From: an uncultured delta proteobacterium
Lineage (GTDB): Bacteria; Myxococcota; B64-G9
Length of the DNA stretch: 64,000 bases
Reading direction: 5' to 3'
Assembly: GCA_963754925.1 (NCBI GenBank)
Contig: CAVWHX010000004.1
Span: 1,056,001-1,120,000, forward strand
Both the position numbers and the translations under genes were made by a program. The notes below the pieces were generated by a model, which did not search any database, was not told where the DNA came from, and saw only the letters and a list, made by a program, of their open reading frames with translations. Positions 1 through 9,885 of this stretch are shown here, piece by piece; the stretch's first letter is position 1, and each line of letters begins with the position of its first letter.

Positions 1-947
1 GGTCCATAAGAACGCAGCAGGCTTTTTAGAGTCTGCAGCCGCTCCTCAACCTGTTCAAGGCGATTCGGGTCTGCCTCAAGGCCCGAAAGGTCATTCTGCA
101 ACTCGCGGGAGAGGTCCTCCATCTGGCGTAAAACGCTCGAGAGCTCTGGTTGTAGCCGTGCTAATCCGGGATCAAATCGTATTAAGTTGCCCAGGGTGCC
201 TGATGCGCGTCCGACTATCTCTGTTGCAGAGTTTTCGTTTTGATAGAGGGTTGCTAAGATCTCATTCAAACCAGAGACGAGTTTCTCAGCGTGGCGCAGC
301 CGGGAACGTTCTCGATCAAGTTCTTCTTCTTCGCCGAGGTGGGGATTCACAGAGCGGATGCGTTCGAGAGCAAAACGCAAAAACTCCTCGCGCTCGAATC
401 GCATACGTTCGCGCGCGGAAAGCTCGCGGTGCTCCTGGACTGCCGCCCGCCATTTCACGACCGCTGCAGACACCTCTTGACAGAGGGGCATAAGCCCGCC
501 GAAGCTGTCTAAGATCTCGCGTTGGACTGTTGGATCGGTCAAGGCAATATGTTCGTGCTGACCAGAGATATCGACGAGCCCGTGGGTAAGATCCTCGAGC
601 GAGGACAACGTTATTGAACGATCATTGACAAACACTCGATTGCGGCCGGTTTTTGAAATCACCCTTCTAATCGTAAGGGTAGAACCTTCATGCAGCTCCA
701 TGCTTCTGAGACGCGGTCGAACCGGTGAGTCGGGCGGTAATTGAAACGTCCCTGCCACCTCGGCGCTATCATAGTCGGTACGGATCATCTCTGGATAGGC
801 TCGACCGCCGAGCAACAGTTGGAGGGCGCTGATCAATATTGATTTACCTGCGCCGGTCTCTCCCGTGATGACATTGAACCCCCCTTCGAACTCAACCTCG
901 AGCCGGTCTACGATAGCGAAATTATATATCGAGAGGTACGTTAGCAT
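1..947 (-). CDS. recN: DNA repair protein RecN (5' part; runs off the window)
   Basis: Own translation from ATG at 947 gives MLTYLSIYNFAIVDRLEVEFEGGFNVITGETGAGKSILISALQLLLGGRA, then LVDISGQHEH, the RecN N-terminus with Walker A. It is absent from the ORF track because there is no stop in the window. Confidence 0.95.
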   Translation of the reverse strand, partial: MLTYLSIYNFAIVDRLEVEFEGGFNVITGETGAGKSILISALQLLLGGRAYPEMIRTDYDSAEVAGTFQLPPDSPVRPRLRSMELHEGSTLTIRRVISKTGRNRVFVNDRSITLSSLEDLTHGLVDISGQHEHIALTDPTVQREILDSFGGLMPLCQEVSAAVVKWRAAVQEHRELSARERMRFEREEFLRFALERIRSVNPHLGEEEELDRERSRLRHAEKLVSGLNEILATLYQNENSATEIVGRASGTLGNLIRFDPGLARLQPELSSVLRQMEDLSRELQNDLSGLEADPNRLEQVEERLQTLKSLLRSYG

Positions 948-1046
948 GTTACAAATGCCCTTGGGCTTCGTTCGCTACGATCTTCTACCAAAATAGATAG
1001 AAGGCGTAAATGATCTTGGTAACACGCAGATCAGCCATTATTCCAT

Positions 1047-1101
1047 TTGACACCAAAAACCGCACATGCTACCGTAAGTACGACGTTGACTTATTTGTCA
1101 A
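1047..1101 (+). promoter_or_regulatory. Sigma70-type promoter plus palindromic operator upstream of the SCP2 gene
   Basis: TTGACA (1047-1052), 17 nt spacer, TG-extended TACCGT (1070-1075), then inverted repeat TTGAC-N6-GTCAA (1086-1101). Confidence 0.55.
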
Positions 1102-1141
1102 TCAATTGTAAAAAAGGCCCATTGGCCTAAGGAGGAGTGCA

Positions 1142-1468
1142 ATGACACCAAAGAGCATTTTTGAAGAGTCCCTACCCAATCAATTAAAGACCAAGGGCGA
1201 CGATGTCCTTAAGGTAAACGCCGTGTATCAGTTCAACATCAGTGGCGCTGAAGGCGGATCGTGGTGGGTGGACACTACCAAGAGCGGTGGTGCAGTGGGC
1301 ACGGGCGAGAGTCCCAACGCTAAATGCACTATTAGTATGACCGATAAAGATTTCATGGATATGGTTAGCGGAAAGCTCAATGGACAGATGGCGTTCATGA
1401 CCGGTAAACTTAAGATCAAGGGCGACATGAGCCTGGCGATGAAGCTGGGCACGGTTCTCGGTCTTTAG
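1142..1468 (+). CDS. SCP2 sterol/lipid-binding domain protein
   Basis: YQFNISG..GGSWWVD and GKLNGQMAFMTGKLKIKGDMSLAMKL SCP2 signature. Strong SD AAGGAGG. Confidence 0.92.
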   Translation: MTPKSIFEESLPNQLKTKGDDVLKVNAVYQFNISGAEGGSWWVDTTKSGGAVGTGESPNAKCTISMTDKDFMDMVSGKLNGQMAFMTGKLKIKGDMSLAMKLGTVLGL

Positions 1469-2672
1469 CTTCTGGTGAACCAAGGGAAGGTGCACTCAGG
1501 TTTCGTGATTCGTGCACCGAAAGCTCCGACAGGCAGGTTTCATTGGTCGGGCTTGTTCCTTTGTCTACCGACTTGATGGTCAGCGTAAGATGGCTCGTCG
1601 GTATGGACTTAGATAACAAGATCAGCTTCTGAGTCGCAAACTCTTTTCCCGGCACCGTGGCCTCGAAACAACCCGCGATAAGGGGATCCTTTTGCGAACC
1701 TGGTTCGCAGGCAGATGAGATCCCGACCCCGGCGTCGAAGGTTAATGCTACGCCTTGAATACGATTGCGGCGTGCCCAATCTTTTTCGCTGGCGGCGCAT
1801 CCAGGGATAAATCGAATCAAACGGACTGAGACGGGACGGAGAAAAGTCAGGGCAAGCGATTCCCCTACGCCGGAACCTGGTTTGCCCTCTATCCAAGCAC
1901 TCTCCAAGGATCCATCGACAGCAAAGGCTGCAATACCTACTCCCGCTTTTTCCGAGCTCGCGGTGGTCTTTGCGGGAGCTACCACCGTCAGGTAGTCAAG
2001 GTACCGATCGTCCACCTCCTGATATACTCCTTCGTGAGGTTTAAAAACACGCTCGCGCATGCCGAGTACTACCTGAATCTCTTCGGGGCTTCTGATTGAC
2101 AACAGCCGTTTTGGATCATGGCGAACCCTCAACGTCTGCCATCCATCTCCGATGTTGTCGACCATTAATCCTTCCGATAGTCCACCCAAGTCGATCACCT
2201 TAACCGGCTTACGACCCGCATCCTCTTCTGAATGTTGCACGTGATATCGGGCTGAAAAGATTTGGCGCAACTCAGCTGCCGTCGGGAGGAACAGCCGGAC
2301 CCAATGATCGGCTTCATCCGGGCTATCCTCGACGACGTCGAGAAGATACGCCTGGTCAGTTCGGCCAAGCGGGAAGGTTTCGAACGTCACCAGGGTGCTC
2401 GCCGGAACCCGCTCGCTCCGTGCGATGAGATTAAAATCGCCCTTCGGGTTAGCTTTCCATAATGATAACCCGATTCCTGCCTCGCACTGTTCGACGACCA
2501 AAGCCTCTATCAATCCGTCACTATCAATGTCGAGCAGCTTCTCCGCAAGCAACTCGTGGCCGCTTTTACGAAAATCGAAAAACGCCTCGGAACCGTGAAA
2601 ACTGGTGGGTACTTTTGTTTCGCTGGTTGCGGCCAGAAACAGCATGATAGGTATAAGCGTCGTTATTACCAT
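1416..2672 (-). CDS. Secreted protein with C-terminal discoidin/NADase-type glycan-binding domain
   Basis: Signal peptide. AVDGSLESAWIEGKPGSGVGESLALTF...RNRIQ...TCLSEL resembles an F5/8-C-like fold. Converges on and overlaps the SCP2 gene by about 53 nt. Confidence 0.6.
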   Translation of the reverse strand: MVITTLIPIMLFLAATSETKVPTSFHGSEAFFDFRKSGHELLAEKLLDIDSDGLIEALVVEQCEAGIGLSLWKANPKGDFNLIARSERVPASTLVTFETFPLGRTDQAYLLDVVEDSPDEADHWVRLFLPTAAELRQIFSARYHVQHSEEDAGRKPVKVIDLGGLSEGLMVDNIGDGWQTLRVRHDPKRLLSIRSPEEIQVVLGMRERVFKPHEGVYQEVDDRYLDYLTVVAPAKTTASSEKAGVGIAAFAVDGSLESAWIEGKPGSGVGESLALTFLRPVSVRLIRFIPGCAASEKDWARRNRIQGVALTFDAGVGISSACEPGSQKDPLIAGCFEATVPGKEFATQKLILLSKSIPTSHLTLTIKSVDKGTSPTNETCLSELSVHESRNLSAPSLGSPEAKDREPCPASSPGSCRP

Positions 2673-2673
2673 G

Positions 2674-4169
2674 TTATTTGCAATCTTTCAAAATGCTTTC
2701 AAGAGCAGGAATTTCCTTTGAATCAGGTGGCAGCATATTTCGGTACAAACGATATTCCTGGCAGGCCTGACGATTTTGACGCAATTGCGCAAAGGAAATT
2801 CCCAATCCGCGATGGGCCTGGGAAAGTTTGGGGTTGATGGTTAAAGCTTTCTAAACTCGCTGATGGCCTCTTTGAACTTGCCCTCACGTATGAGATTATT
2901 GCCATTTTTATAGGCTTCGAGCCCGGTATCGGGTGGGTTGGCATTTCTATCAGGCTGATTGTTTTCTTTTTGGATGCGGGATGTTGCCATTTCTGGGCTT
3001 TTGGATTGTTCAGAGGCCGGGTTGGTTTGAGTGAGTTTTTGAACTTTGTTTGGCACCACGTTTTTTTGGGGGGCAGGCTGGTCTGCAATCGCCACGATTT
3101 GTTTGTCGGCTGAATCGGTATCGTTTGGTTCTTCTTGGAGGAGGAAGTACCATACCGCCGCCCCGCCCGCACCGACCAGCAACAGCACCAGCAGCGCCCA
3201 CAGGACGACATGACTTGAGCGCACTGGTTCGTCGGTCATGTCCTCAACCTGGTGCTCGGGCGCCGTGTCCAATTCAATTGCGGTCGCGAGCGGCGTGACC
3301 GGCAACGCCGTACTCAACGCCAGGCGCGCGTCTGCGGGTTGATCGTGCGCTTCGGCCTCATTTCCTCCACGGGCCCAGGGCGGGAGAGTGTCCGGACTCC
3401 GTTGTCGTGTTTCCGGTGCGGGGGCCGGTGGTGCCTCTGGTTGAGCGGGCAGTGGTGGCGGCGTCGGCACGGACTCTTCGGATTGGGATCGGAGAGCTGG
3501 TTCCAGAAAGCGTGTGTCGGATGCAGCCGGCGGCGGCGCGGTAGGTAAAAATGATTTGGTTTGGGTAGGCGACTGCACCGAGAGGAAGCTCGGTCGTGCA
3601 GGCTGTTTGATAAATTCCGGCATCGAGTCTGAAGCAAAGCCGCTGGCTGCCCACCGAGCCGCGGCTGCCGACCAATCCTCAAGCGGTGGAGCGCTCGGGG
3701 CGGCTTTCGCTGGATCGGGGGCGGATGGATTGAAGGTGAAAGACTGTTCGGACGGCGCTGGTTGATATGGCAATGATTCGAGCGGCTTGGCGATGTCCTC
3801 CCACTTCGGCGCTTCAAAGGCTGGTGCAGCGGGTGATTGAACTGGGTTAGGTGTAGCGCCCTGCCATTGGGTGCGGCCAAAATCCCATTGGCTTCCCGCA
3901 CCGTGCGCGTGCCCTTCCGCTTGCGCCTGCGGAATCGCCAACCCGGTTGATGCCATCGTTTCGGTATTCGTCACCGGCCCGGGGTATTCCTGCTGCTGTG
4001 CCGGATAGGCAGCGCCGGCATCCGATGCCTGATCCAAAGGAGTATTCGTACCCGGATAAACGGGCACCAAGGAAACCTGGCACGTTGGGCAAACGACCGG
4101 TGCGCCTTGCCGCAGCAGCTCATCCTCAAACTGGTAGCGAACCTGACATGTCAAGCAGACTGCTTCCAC
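2674..4169 (-). CDS. MJ0042-type zinc-finger, Pro-rich linker, single TM, C-terminal TPR protein (frameshift near 2845)
   Basis: GTG at 4169 after GAGG. CLTC..CPTC finger, then a TM helix. The TPR EAYKNGNNLIREGKFKEAISEFRK continues in another frame as ALTINPKLSQAHRGLGISFAQL...ESILKDCK* (TAA 2674-2676). Confidence 0.7.
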
Positions 4170-4303
4170 GTCTTTTTTCCTCAACCATGCACCATGGGGG
4201 CGGAAACCTGTCGATTTAAGCAAATCCCATCACGAGTGTGTGATACCTGTTGCTGAGTAATATATAACATATTTTCGCGCAGACAGCCAGGATAAATCTA
4301 GTG

Positions 4304-5776
4304 TTAGAGACCTACACCGGTCGTTGCGGTTAGGGTGGTAGCCGATTGGATTGCCAGATTGAGCAGTCCGCCCGGCAGGAGACCAAAGGCCAATATTATG
4401 AGTGAGGTTAGAGCCGCCGCTAAACTCAAGGCTACCGAGATCCGCGGTAAGCCCTCCGATTGCGGCGCTTCAATTACCATGGCGGCCACCAGACGCAAAC
4501 CCATGACCAGCACCAGCCCCAGCGAAAGCGCTGCTGCCACCGCAGAGGTAGTCCAACCCGCCTCTACCAGGGTGTCGAGCAAATACAGGCGCGAGAAAAA
4601 ACCTGCGGTCAATGGCATTCCGGTCATGCAGAGCACCGCTAACCCGATCGCCGTTGCCAACCAGGGACGTCGCCAGGCCAACCCCTGAAGACGCGCAACG
4701 ACCGGCTTGTTCCCCGGCTCGTCGCCAATCGCCGCCACCGCCACAAACAACGCCACCCAATTCACCGCGTGTACCGCTAAGAACACCAGCACTCCGCCGA
4801 GAGCTCGTTCGATATGTGCGCCGCGCTCCCCGAGGGCTGAAAGGGTAACCAATACTAAACCTACTTGGCCGGTTGCCAAGAAGGCGAGTAATCGTTTGAG
4901 ATGCTGTTGCGTAAGCGCCAGAGCATTACCGACCAACAACGCGGCGAGCCCCACACCGTGCAACACGGCAAGCCAGCCCATGTGCCCGGAACTCGGGAAG
5001 AGTGCGGGAAGAAATCCAAATAGAATCATCCGGCTTACCGCCGCAAGGCCGCAGGCGAGCACGCCGCCAGAAAGCAACATGCCGGCCGGCACCGGTAACC
5101 CCTCAACCATGTCCGCGTACCACATGTGGAACGGCACGATGGCGAGGAATACCCCGGCTCCTGATAATACGAGGGCCAGCCCCGTCGTGAGCAGCGGATT
5201 TGTGGTGATATCCTTTTGAACAGAAAGGTACTCACCGATGCCTTCAAGCGTGGTCGATCCGCTGAGCAGCAAGATAACAGCGCTACCCAGACCCAGCAGC
5301 CCAGTTCCTAACGCGACTGTGACGAACCCTTTGAGCGCTCCTTCGTGCCCCTGTTCGAGAGGCGCAGTAGCGGCCAGCCCCAGGAAGGGCACCAGCGTTC
5401 CGACAAAGCCTATGGTGATGACGACCAGATCGACCGAGCAGGCTAGCAGAGCCGCCCCGGCGGTTGCCAGCAACAACAGGCCATCTGCTCCGGGGGGCCA
5501 CTCGGCGCCTTGGTGGCGGCCAAGCAGGAGACCACAACCGGCACTAACCAAAACGACCGCTTGAACAAATAGGGCAAAGCCATCCGACCGCAAGTTGAAC
5601 GGGAGGCCGGGTTGACCCATCCATAACCATAGCACCTGCAGCATGGCTACGATAATGGCAATCAAACCGAGCCGAAAGCTCATCGTCCGTCGAGACGGCC
5701 ACAAAATTTGCAGTGTGGTTATCAAAAGACCTGCCAACCACAACCAAGCGCTGATCAGGTAATCTTCAATATTCAT
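4304..5776 (-). CDS. nuoN: Divergent NADH-quinone oxidoreductase subunit N-like protein
   Basis: 490 aa polytopic membrane protein with EGALK, VPFHMWYADMVEG, LKRLLA and GMPLTAGF motifs. Last gene in J-K-L-M-N order. Confidence 0.75.
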   Translation of the reverse strand: MNIEDYLISAWLWLAGLLITTLQILWPSRRTMSFRLGLIAIIVAMLQVLWLWMGQPGLPFNLRSDGFALFVQAVVLVSAGCGLLLGRHQGAEWPPGADGLLLLATAGAALLACSVDLVVITIGFVGTLVPFLGLAATAPLEQGHEGALKGFVTVALGTGLLGLGSAVILLLSGSTTLEGIGEYLSVQKDITTNPLLTTGLALVLSGAGVFLAIVPFHMWYADMVEGLPVPAGMLLSGGVLACGLAAVSRMILFGFLPALFPSSGHMGWLAVLHGVGLAALLVGNALALTQQHLKRLLAFLATGQVGLVLVTLSALGERGAHIERALGGVLVFLAVHAVNWVALFVAVAAIGDEPGNKPVVARLQGLAWRRPWLATAIGLAVLCMTGMPLTAGFFSRLYLLDTLVEAGWTTSAVAAALSLGLVLVMGLRLVAAMVIEAPQSEGLPRISVALSLAAALTSLIILAFGLLPGGLLNLAIQSATTLTATTGVGL

Positions 5777-7281
5777 GATGGGCTACGCTCCGTGGGTATG
5801 CCCGCGAGATCAGCGGTGTGCGCTGTCGGTGCTACGTCCGATACTGAGCTTGGCGCCACAAGACCTGGTATGATTCCTGCCGCGATGATCGCAAGCATCA
5901 ACAGCAGGAGAATACTTACCTGACGCTTGGTTGGCCAGCGTTCTTTAGACCAAAATTCCTCTTGGTAGCTTCCCTTGGATATTCGCAAAAAAACTGAGAG
6001 CACCGCGATGCCGATCAACAGCATCGCAAGCGAAGACAATGCCGCCAAGATGAAATTATCGGCGACGGCCTCAAGAACGAGATACGATCCAATAAAACCA
6101 ATGGTGCCGGGCACAGCCGCCACTGAAGCCGCCGCGGCGAAAGCCAGCCCGGCAAAAGCGGGGTGGGAACGCCACAACCCGCTGAATTCGACAACACGCT
6201 GGCTGTCGCGGGCCTTACAGATTACCCCGGCGAACAAAAACAGCGCCGCGCCGCCCAAGCCAGCCGCCAGCAGCAGCAGCAACCCACCATACGAACCGCT
6301 CCCTGCCGGTAACGTCAATCCTACCAGGGCCAGCCCTATCTGACCCAAGCAGGTATACGCCAGTAACCGCTTCAGATCGCGCTGGACCGGAGCCATCAAT
6401 CCAGCCCCCAGGGCTGTGGTAAGCCCGATGATTGCGAGCCAGGGCCCGAAGACTCCCCGCTCAACCCCAAATAACGGGGTGAGCACATGAATGATGCCGA
6501 ATCCACCCAGCGGCAGTACCCCGCCGGCCAAGAGGATGGAAGCGGCCGTCGGAACAATCGATTGAGCTGCCGGAAACCACGTATGCAGGGGGAAGGCGGC
6601 CATGCGCATGAGAAACGCCGGCACAAAGAGCCATACCCATGGATTTGAGGTTATATCGGTGCCGGCTAATCTCGCCGACAGATCCAAGAGATCAAACGTT
6701 GGCGTATCGACCTGATTCACCACCCACAACACTCCTACCCACATGACCACGCTCGAGGCCACCGATGTGACGAAAAATCGAGTCGCTGCAACCACCTCAC
6801 CACGCATTGGTCCACGACCCATCAAAAAGAAGAACGGAACCAGGGTCAATTCCCAAAACGTTATAAAAACAATCAAATCCCATGCGGAAAGCACGCCGAG
6901 CATTCCCGTCTCAGCCAGAAGCAAGCACACGATGTACGATCGATCGATCTCCGGCAACGGCGGCAGCGTTCCCACCACTGCGGCAACCCCCACGAAGGCC
7001 ACCATGCCCGCCAAAACAGCGCCGGTGTTGTCGAGCCCCAGGTGTAAGGATATTCCCAAATCTGGTATCCACGGCAGACGCACCGACACGAGCAGGCCTT
7101 CGCCGCTGGGGAGCGTGGCCCGCACGGCAACCCACATTAATGCGGTGACGATAGCGAAGGTCCATCCGATCCCCCGTACTAAGCGGGTGGAGGACGCTGG
7201 GCACATCCCAGCCGCGAGGGCACCTACTGCCGGGGTGGCAGGGAGGGCTAACAATAGTATCTGTGGAAGATCGAGCGCCAC
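5773..7281 (-). CDS. nuoM: Divergent NADH-quinone oxidoreductase subunit M-like protein
   Basis: PWIPDLGISLHLGLD, FWELTLVPFFFL, FPLHTWFP, DLKRLLAY and VPGTIGFIG motifs. Confidence 0.82.
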   Translation of the reverse strand: MALDLPQILLLALPATPAVGALAAGMCPASSTRLVRGIGWTFAIVTALMWVAVRATLPSGEGLLVSVRLPWIPDLGISLHLGLDNTGAVLAGMVAFVGVAAVVGTLPPLPEIDRSYIVCLLLAETGMLGVLSAWDLIVFITFWELTLVPFFFLMGRGPMRGEVVAATRFFVTSVASSVVMWVGVLWVVNQVDTPTFDLLDLSARLAGTDITSNPWVWLFVPAFLMRMAAFPLHTWFPAAQSIVPTAASILLAGGVLPLGGFGIIHVLTPLFGVERGVFGPWLAIIGLTTALGAGLMAPVQRDLKRLLAYTCLGQIGLALVGLTLPAGSGSYGGLLLLLAAGLGGAALFLFAGVICKARDSQRVVEFSGLWRSHPAFAGLAFAAAASVAAVPGTIGFIGSYLVLEAVADNFILAALSSLAMLLIGIAVLSVFLRISKGSYQEEFWSKERWPTKRQVSILLLLMLAIIAAGIIPGLVAPSSVSDVAPTAHTADLAGIPTERSPS

Positions 7282-7286
7282 GGGTT

Positions 7287-9101
7287 TTACCTCAGCATCA
7301 GGTAGAGCAGCAGCAGCGTCGCCATGAGGATTGCCAGACTATACTGTTGGATCTTGCCGTTTTGAAAAAATCGAAGCACCGCCCCGATACCGTCGATAGT
7401 GCTCACCGCTCCACCAATCAACATGCCGTCGATCAAGAGGTCTCCGGCCCCCCGCCAGAGGACTACCCCAATGCCCCGCGCCACCATCAACGGAAGCTGA
7501 ACCACCAATTCCCCAACCCCGAGCCCGGATTCCGCAACTCGTTCCATCAGGCGCTGGCCGGAAGTCAAACGCTGGTGGAAGCTCTCGACGCGCCGCCGGT
7601 CAACAGTTTGGCTCATCAACCATCCGAGCCAGGCCAGAGCGCACATCGTTGCAGCCCATACGAAACCGATCGTTCCACCCCCAATCGACCGACCGCGCAG
7701 GAACATCGCGACGCAGCCTAATCCGAAAGAAACGGCGGCCAAACCGCCGGGAGCCAACTCTATCCAGCGACCGCTCGATGGTTGAGAGGTGTCGGTAACC
7801 CAACGGGTACCGCGCAAAATTCGATACATGCGTTGCAGGATCCAACCGCCCCCAAAGACGCCGCTCATGATGATCGCGTGCAGGATCCATCCCAGCGGTC
7901 TATCGAGGTTGAGCAGGGCGACACAGAGCCTACCGAGTCCTAGAAACGATAGCGAGAATGGTAACAGTGCGGCCGCCACCAATGCCAGATAGACGCGTCG
8001 GGAGCGCCAGACGGCTGGCCATCCTGCCATGGACTCATATTCGGCAATTGGTCCTATCGTGCTGCCAACGGCCAGAGTGATACCGCTCAGCGTGAGCACC
8101 TGTCCGGCGACTAAGAGTCGCGCGGCCGTCGGATCGGAGGCGGCAAACGCCAGAAAGGAGAAAGCCCCGCTCGTGAGGAAGAGCCACCCGAGCGCCGGCG
8201 CCGGGAAGCGTTGGTATAAACCGCCGAAAATTCCCCATACGACCCCTACTCCGCCGATAACGCCGAGTACCTCCTTGATGGGGACGGTGGGGGCAGTTTG
8301 TGCAATGATATTGGTAGTCTGGTTAAGCAATGCTTGATCCAGTAGGTAGATCGCCGCCAGGGCCGAGGCCACACCGTGAACCAGGGCGCTGGCCGAGGCC
8401 AACGCGCGGGTTGTGTCTGGAAACCATCCATGAAAAGGAACCTGCCCGGCACGGATACACGCCGCGCACAAGATCAAGACCACGGCCCACTCAGGAAACG
8501 ACTGATAGGTCATGAACGCGAGCAGCAGCAGTGCCCCGGAGGTCCGCTGAAAAATGAGCCAGCGCATGCCGGTACGTCCGCCATTCTTCTCGGGTGTCCA
8601 AAACCCCGCGAGCAGTGCGCCGGCCAGCGCGAGTCCTTCCCATCCAACCAACCAGGCGACCGGAGCCAGAGGCGGGGTCGCTGCCGTAAACAGTATTCCG
8701 CCACTCGCCAACAGGATCATAATCAAGGCGTGAAACCGATGCCTTCCGGCACCGGGCGATGCCCAGATCAATACATGCAACTGAGCGGCGAAACCCACCA
8801 GGTTCATCACTGTGAGAGCCCATAACCCAGCACGGTTGAGCGCGAAACTCAGTTCAAAGATGCGGCCCCCGAGGAACGTAACGTGGACCGGAAATATACT
8901 ATCGGCCGAGGTTCCCCACCAAAGGTATAGTGCGGCTCCCAGTCCTTGTAACAGGCTTAGCCCAATCCCGCCGAGCGTCAGAGAGGCTACCGTAACCCAT
9001 CTCGCCCGCGCACCAAGCACGGTAAGAAGCAAACCTGCGATGGCCGGGATTAGCCACAAGAGAACATGCCAACTGGCGAGATAGCGGCAGAAATCCATCA
9101 A
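7287..9101 (-). CDS. nuoL: Divergent NADH-quinone oxidoreductase subunit L-like protein
   Basis: GWEGL, AGQVPFHGWFPD and SALVHG motifs. C-terminal LIDG...RFFQNGKIQQY matches the NuoL lateral helix and terminal TM. Confidence 0.75.
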   Translation of the reverse strand: MMDFCRYLASWHVLLWLIPAIAGLLLTVLGARARWVTVASLTLGGIGLSLLQGLGAALYLWWGTSADSIFPVHVTFLGGRIFELSFALNRAGLWALTVMNLVGFAAQLHVLIWASPGAGRHRFHALIMILLASGGILFTAATPPLAPVAWLVGWEGLALAGALLAGFWTPEKNGGRTGMRWLIFQRTSGALLLLAFMTYQSFPEWAVVLILCAACIRAGQVPFHGWFPDTTRALASASALVHGVASALAAIYLLDQALLNQTTNIIAQTAPTVPIKEVLGVIGGVGVVWGIFGGLYQRFPAPALGWLFLTSGAFSFLAFAASDPTAARLLVAGQVLTLSGITLAVGSTIGPIAEYESMAGWPAVWRSRRVYLALVAAALLPFSLSFLGLGRLCVALLNLDRPLGWILHAIIMSGVFGGGWILQRMYRILRGTRWVTDTSQPSSGRWIELAPGGLAAVSFGLGCVAMFLRGRSIGGGTIGFVWAATMCALAWLGWLMSQTVDRRRVESFHQRLTSGQRLMERVAESGLGVGELVVQLPLMVARGIGVVLWRGAGDLLIDGMLIGGAVSTIDGIGAVLRFFQNGKIQQYSLAILMATLLLLYLMLR

Positions 9102-9400
9102 TGTTTCATCCGATCTTGTTCTTCGAGCAGTACCACCCGACGGAAACGATGAAATGAGTACACCACCGAAAGCCCTGACACCAGGAGCATGATCACCAGC
9201 GCGAGGATCGTAACCGCTGCTTCTGCACCCTCCTGATCGGGTAACCGGTTGAGCCCTGCGCTGAACGCTAACAAGACTCCGTTAAGCATAATAGCGGCTG
9301 AGACTACCATGGTGATGCCATCCCGCCGCAGCAACACCCCGGAAAGGCCCAAAACAAACTGCAGGACCGCGACGAGCAGTATCTGTTCAACAGGAATCAT
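9098..9400 (-). CDS. nuoK: Divergent NADH-quinone oxidoreductase subunit K-like protein
   Basis: 100 aa with 3 TMs. GLSGVLLRRD, IMLNG and C-terminal DRMK match the NuoK layout. Confidence 0.8.
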   Translation of the reverse strand: MIPVEQILLVAVLQFVLGLSGVLLRRDGITMVVSAAIMLNGVLLAFSAGLNRLPDQEGAEAAVTILALVIMLLVSGLSVVYSFHRFRRVVLLEEQDRMKH

Positions 9401-9885
9401 CGATTTTCTTTCTCATGGGGCTGACGGGCAAACCGCACCAGCAGTGCGGTAGTCGCCACCACCGTACCTATTAAGAATATCGTCACCCAAGTCCACATCC
9501 AACCCGACAATACTGAATGCGCAGGCCTGCGAGGTGAAGAGAGTTCCGGAGCCTGGTCCAATGCGCCGACCAATAGGGCGCAGAATCCCCCTGCAACAAG
9601 CAAACTGACCAATCGACTAAAGCTAAAGCGTTCCCGGCCGGGCGCCGCTAGTTGCAGGTGTCTCGGTCGCACCAATACTACCCAGAACCCTAGTCCAACA
9701 CCGATGGAGGCAAGTAACAGTTCGAAGGCCACGAGCGGAGCGGATAGCAGAAAAAAAAGAATTGAGTTGGCCGCCATTAATCCAACGAGGCCTGCCACAT
9801 TCAGTATCGGGCGTCTTCCAAACACACCGACACCTGAAGCGACCAGTGAGATAAAAGCTCCGAGCCAGAACACCAACGCCAGCAT
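9397..9885 (-). CDS. nuoJ: Divergent NADH-quinone oxidoreductase subunit J-like protein
   Basis: About 162 aa with 5 hydrophobic segments and LFFLLSAPLVA. Lies directly upstream of nuoK. ATG 9885 after GAGGAA. Confidence 0.6.
   Translation of the reverse strand: MLALVFWLGAFISLVASGVGVFGRRPILNVAGLVGLMAANSILFFLLSAPLVAFELLLASIGVGLGFWVVLVRPRHLQLAAPGRERFSFSRLVSLLVAGGFCALLVGALDQAPELSSPRRPAHSVLSGWMWTWVTIFLIGTVVATTALLVRFARQPHEKENR

Noticed and set aside
158..512. Plus-strand ORFs at the window start
   Set aside because: They are antisense to recN.
4304..9885. Mrp antiporter or hydrogenase membrane module
   Set aside because: Gene order, sizes and terminal motifs fit nuoJKLMN. There are no MrpE/F/G or hydrogenase subunits.
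4304..9885. Pseudogene call for the nuo-like genes
   Set aside because: There are no stops or frameshifts over 5.6 kb and gene coupling is preserved despite deep divergence.
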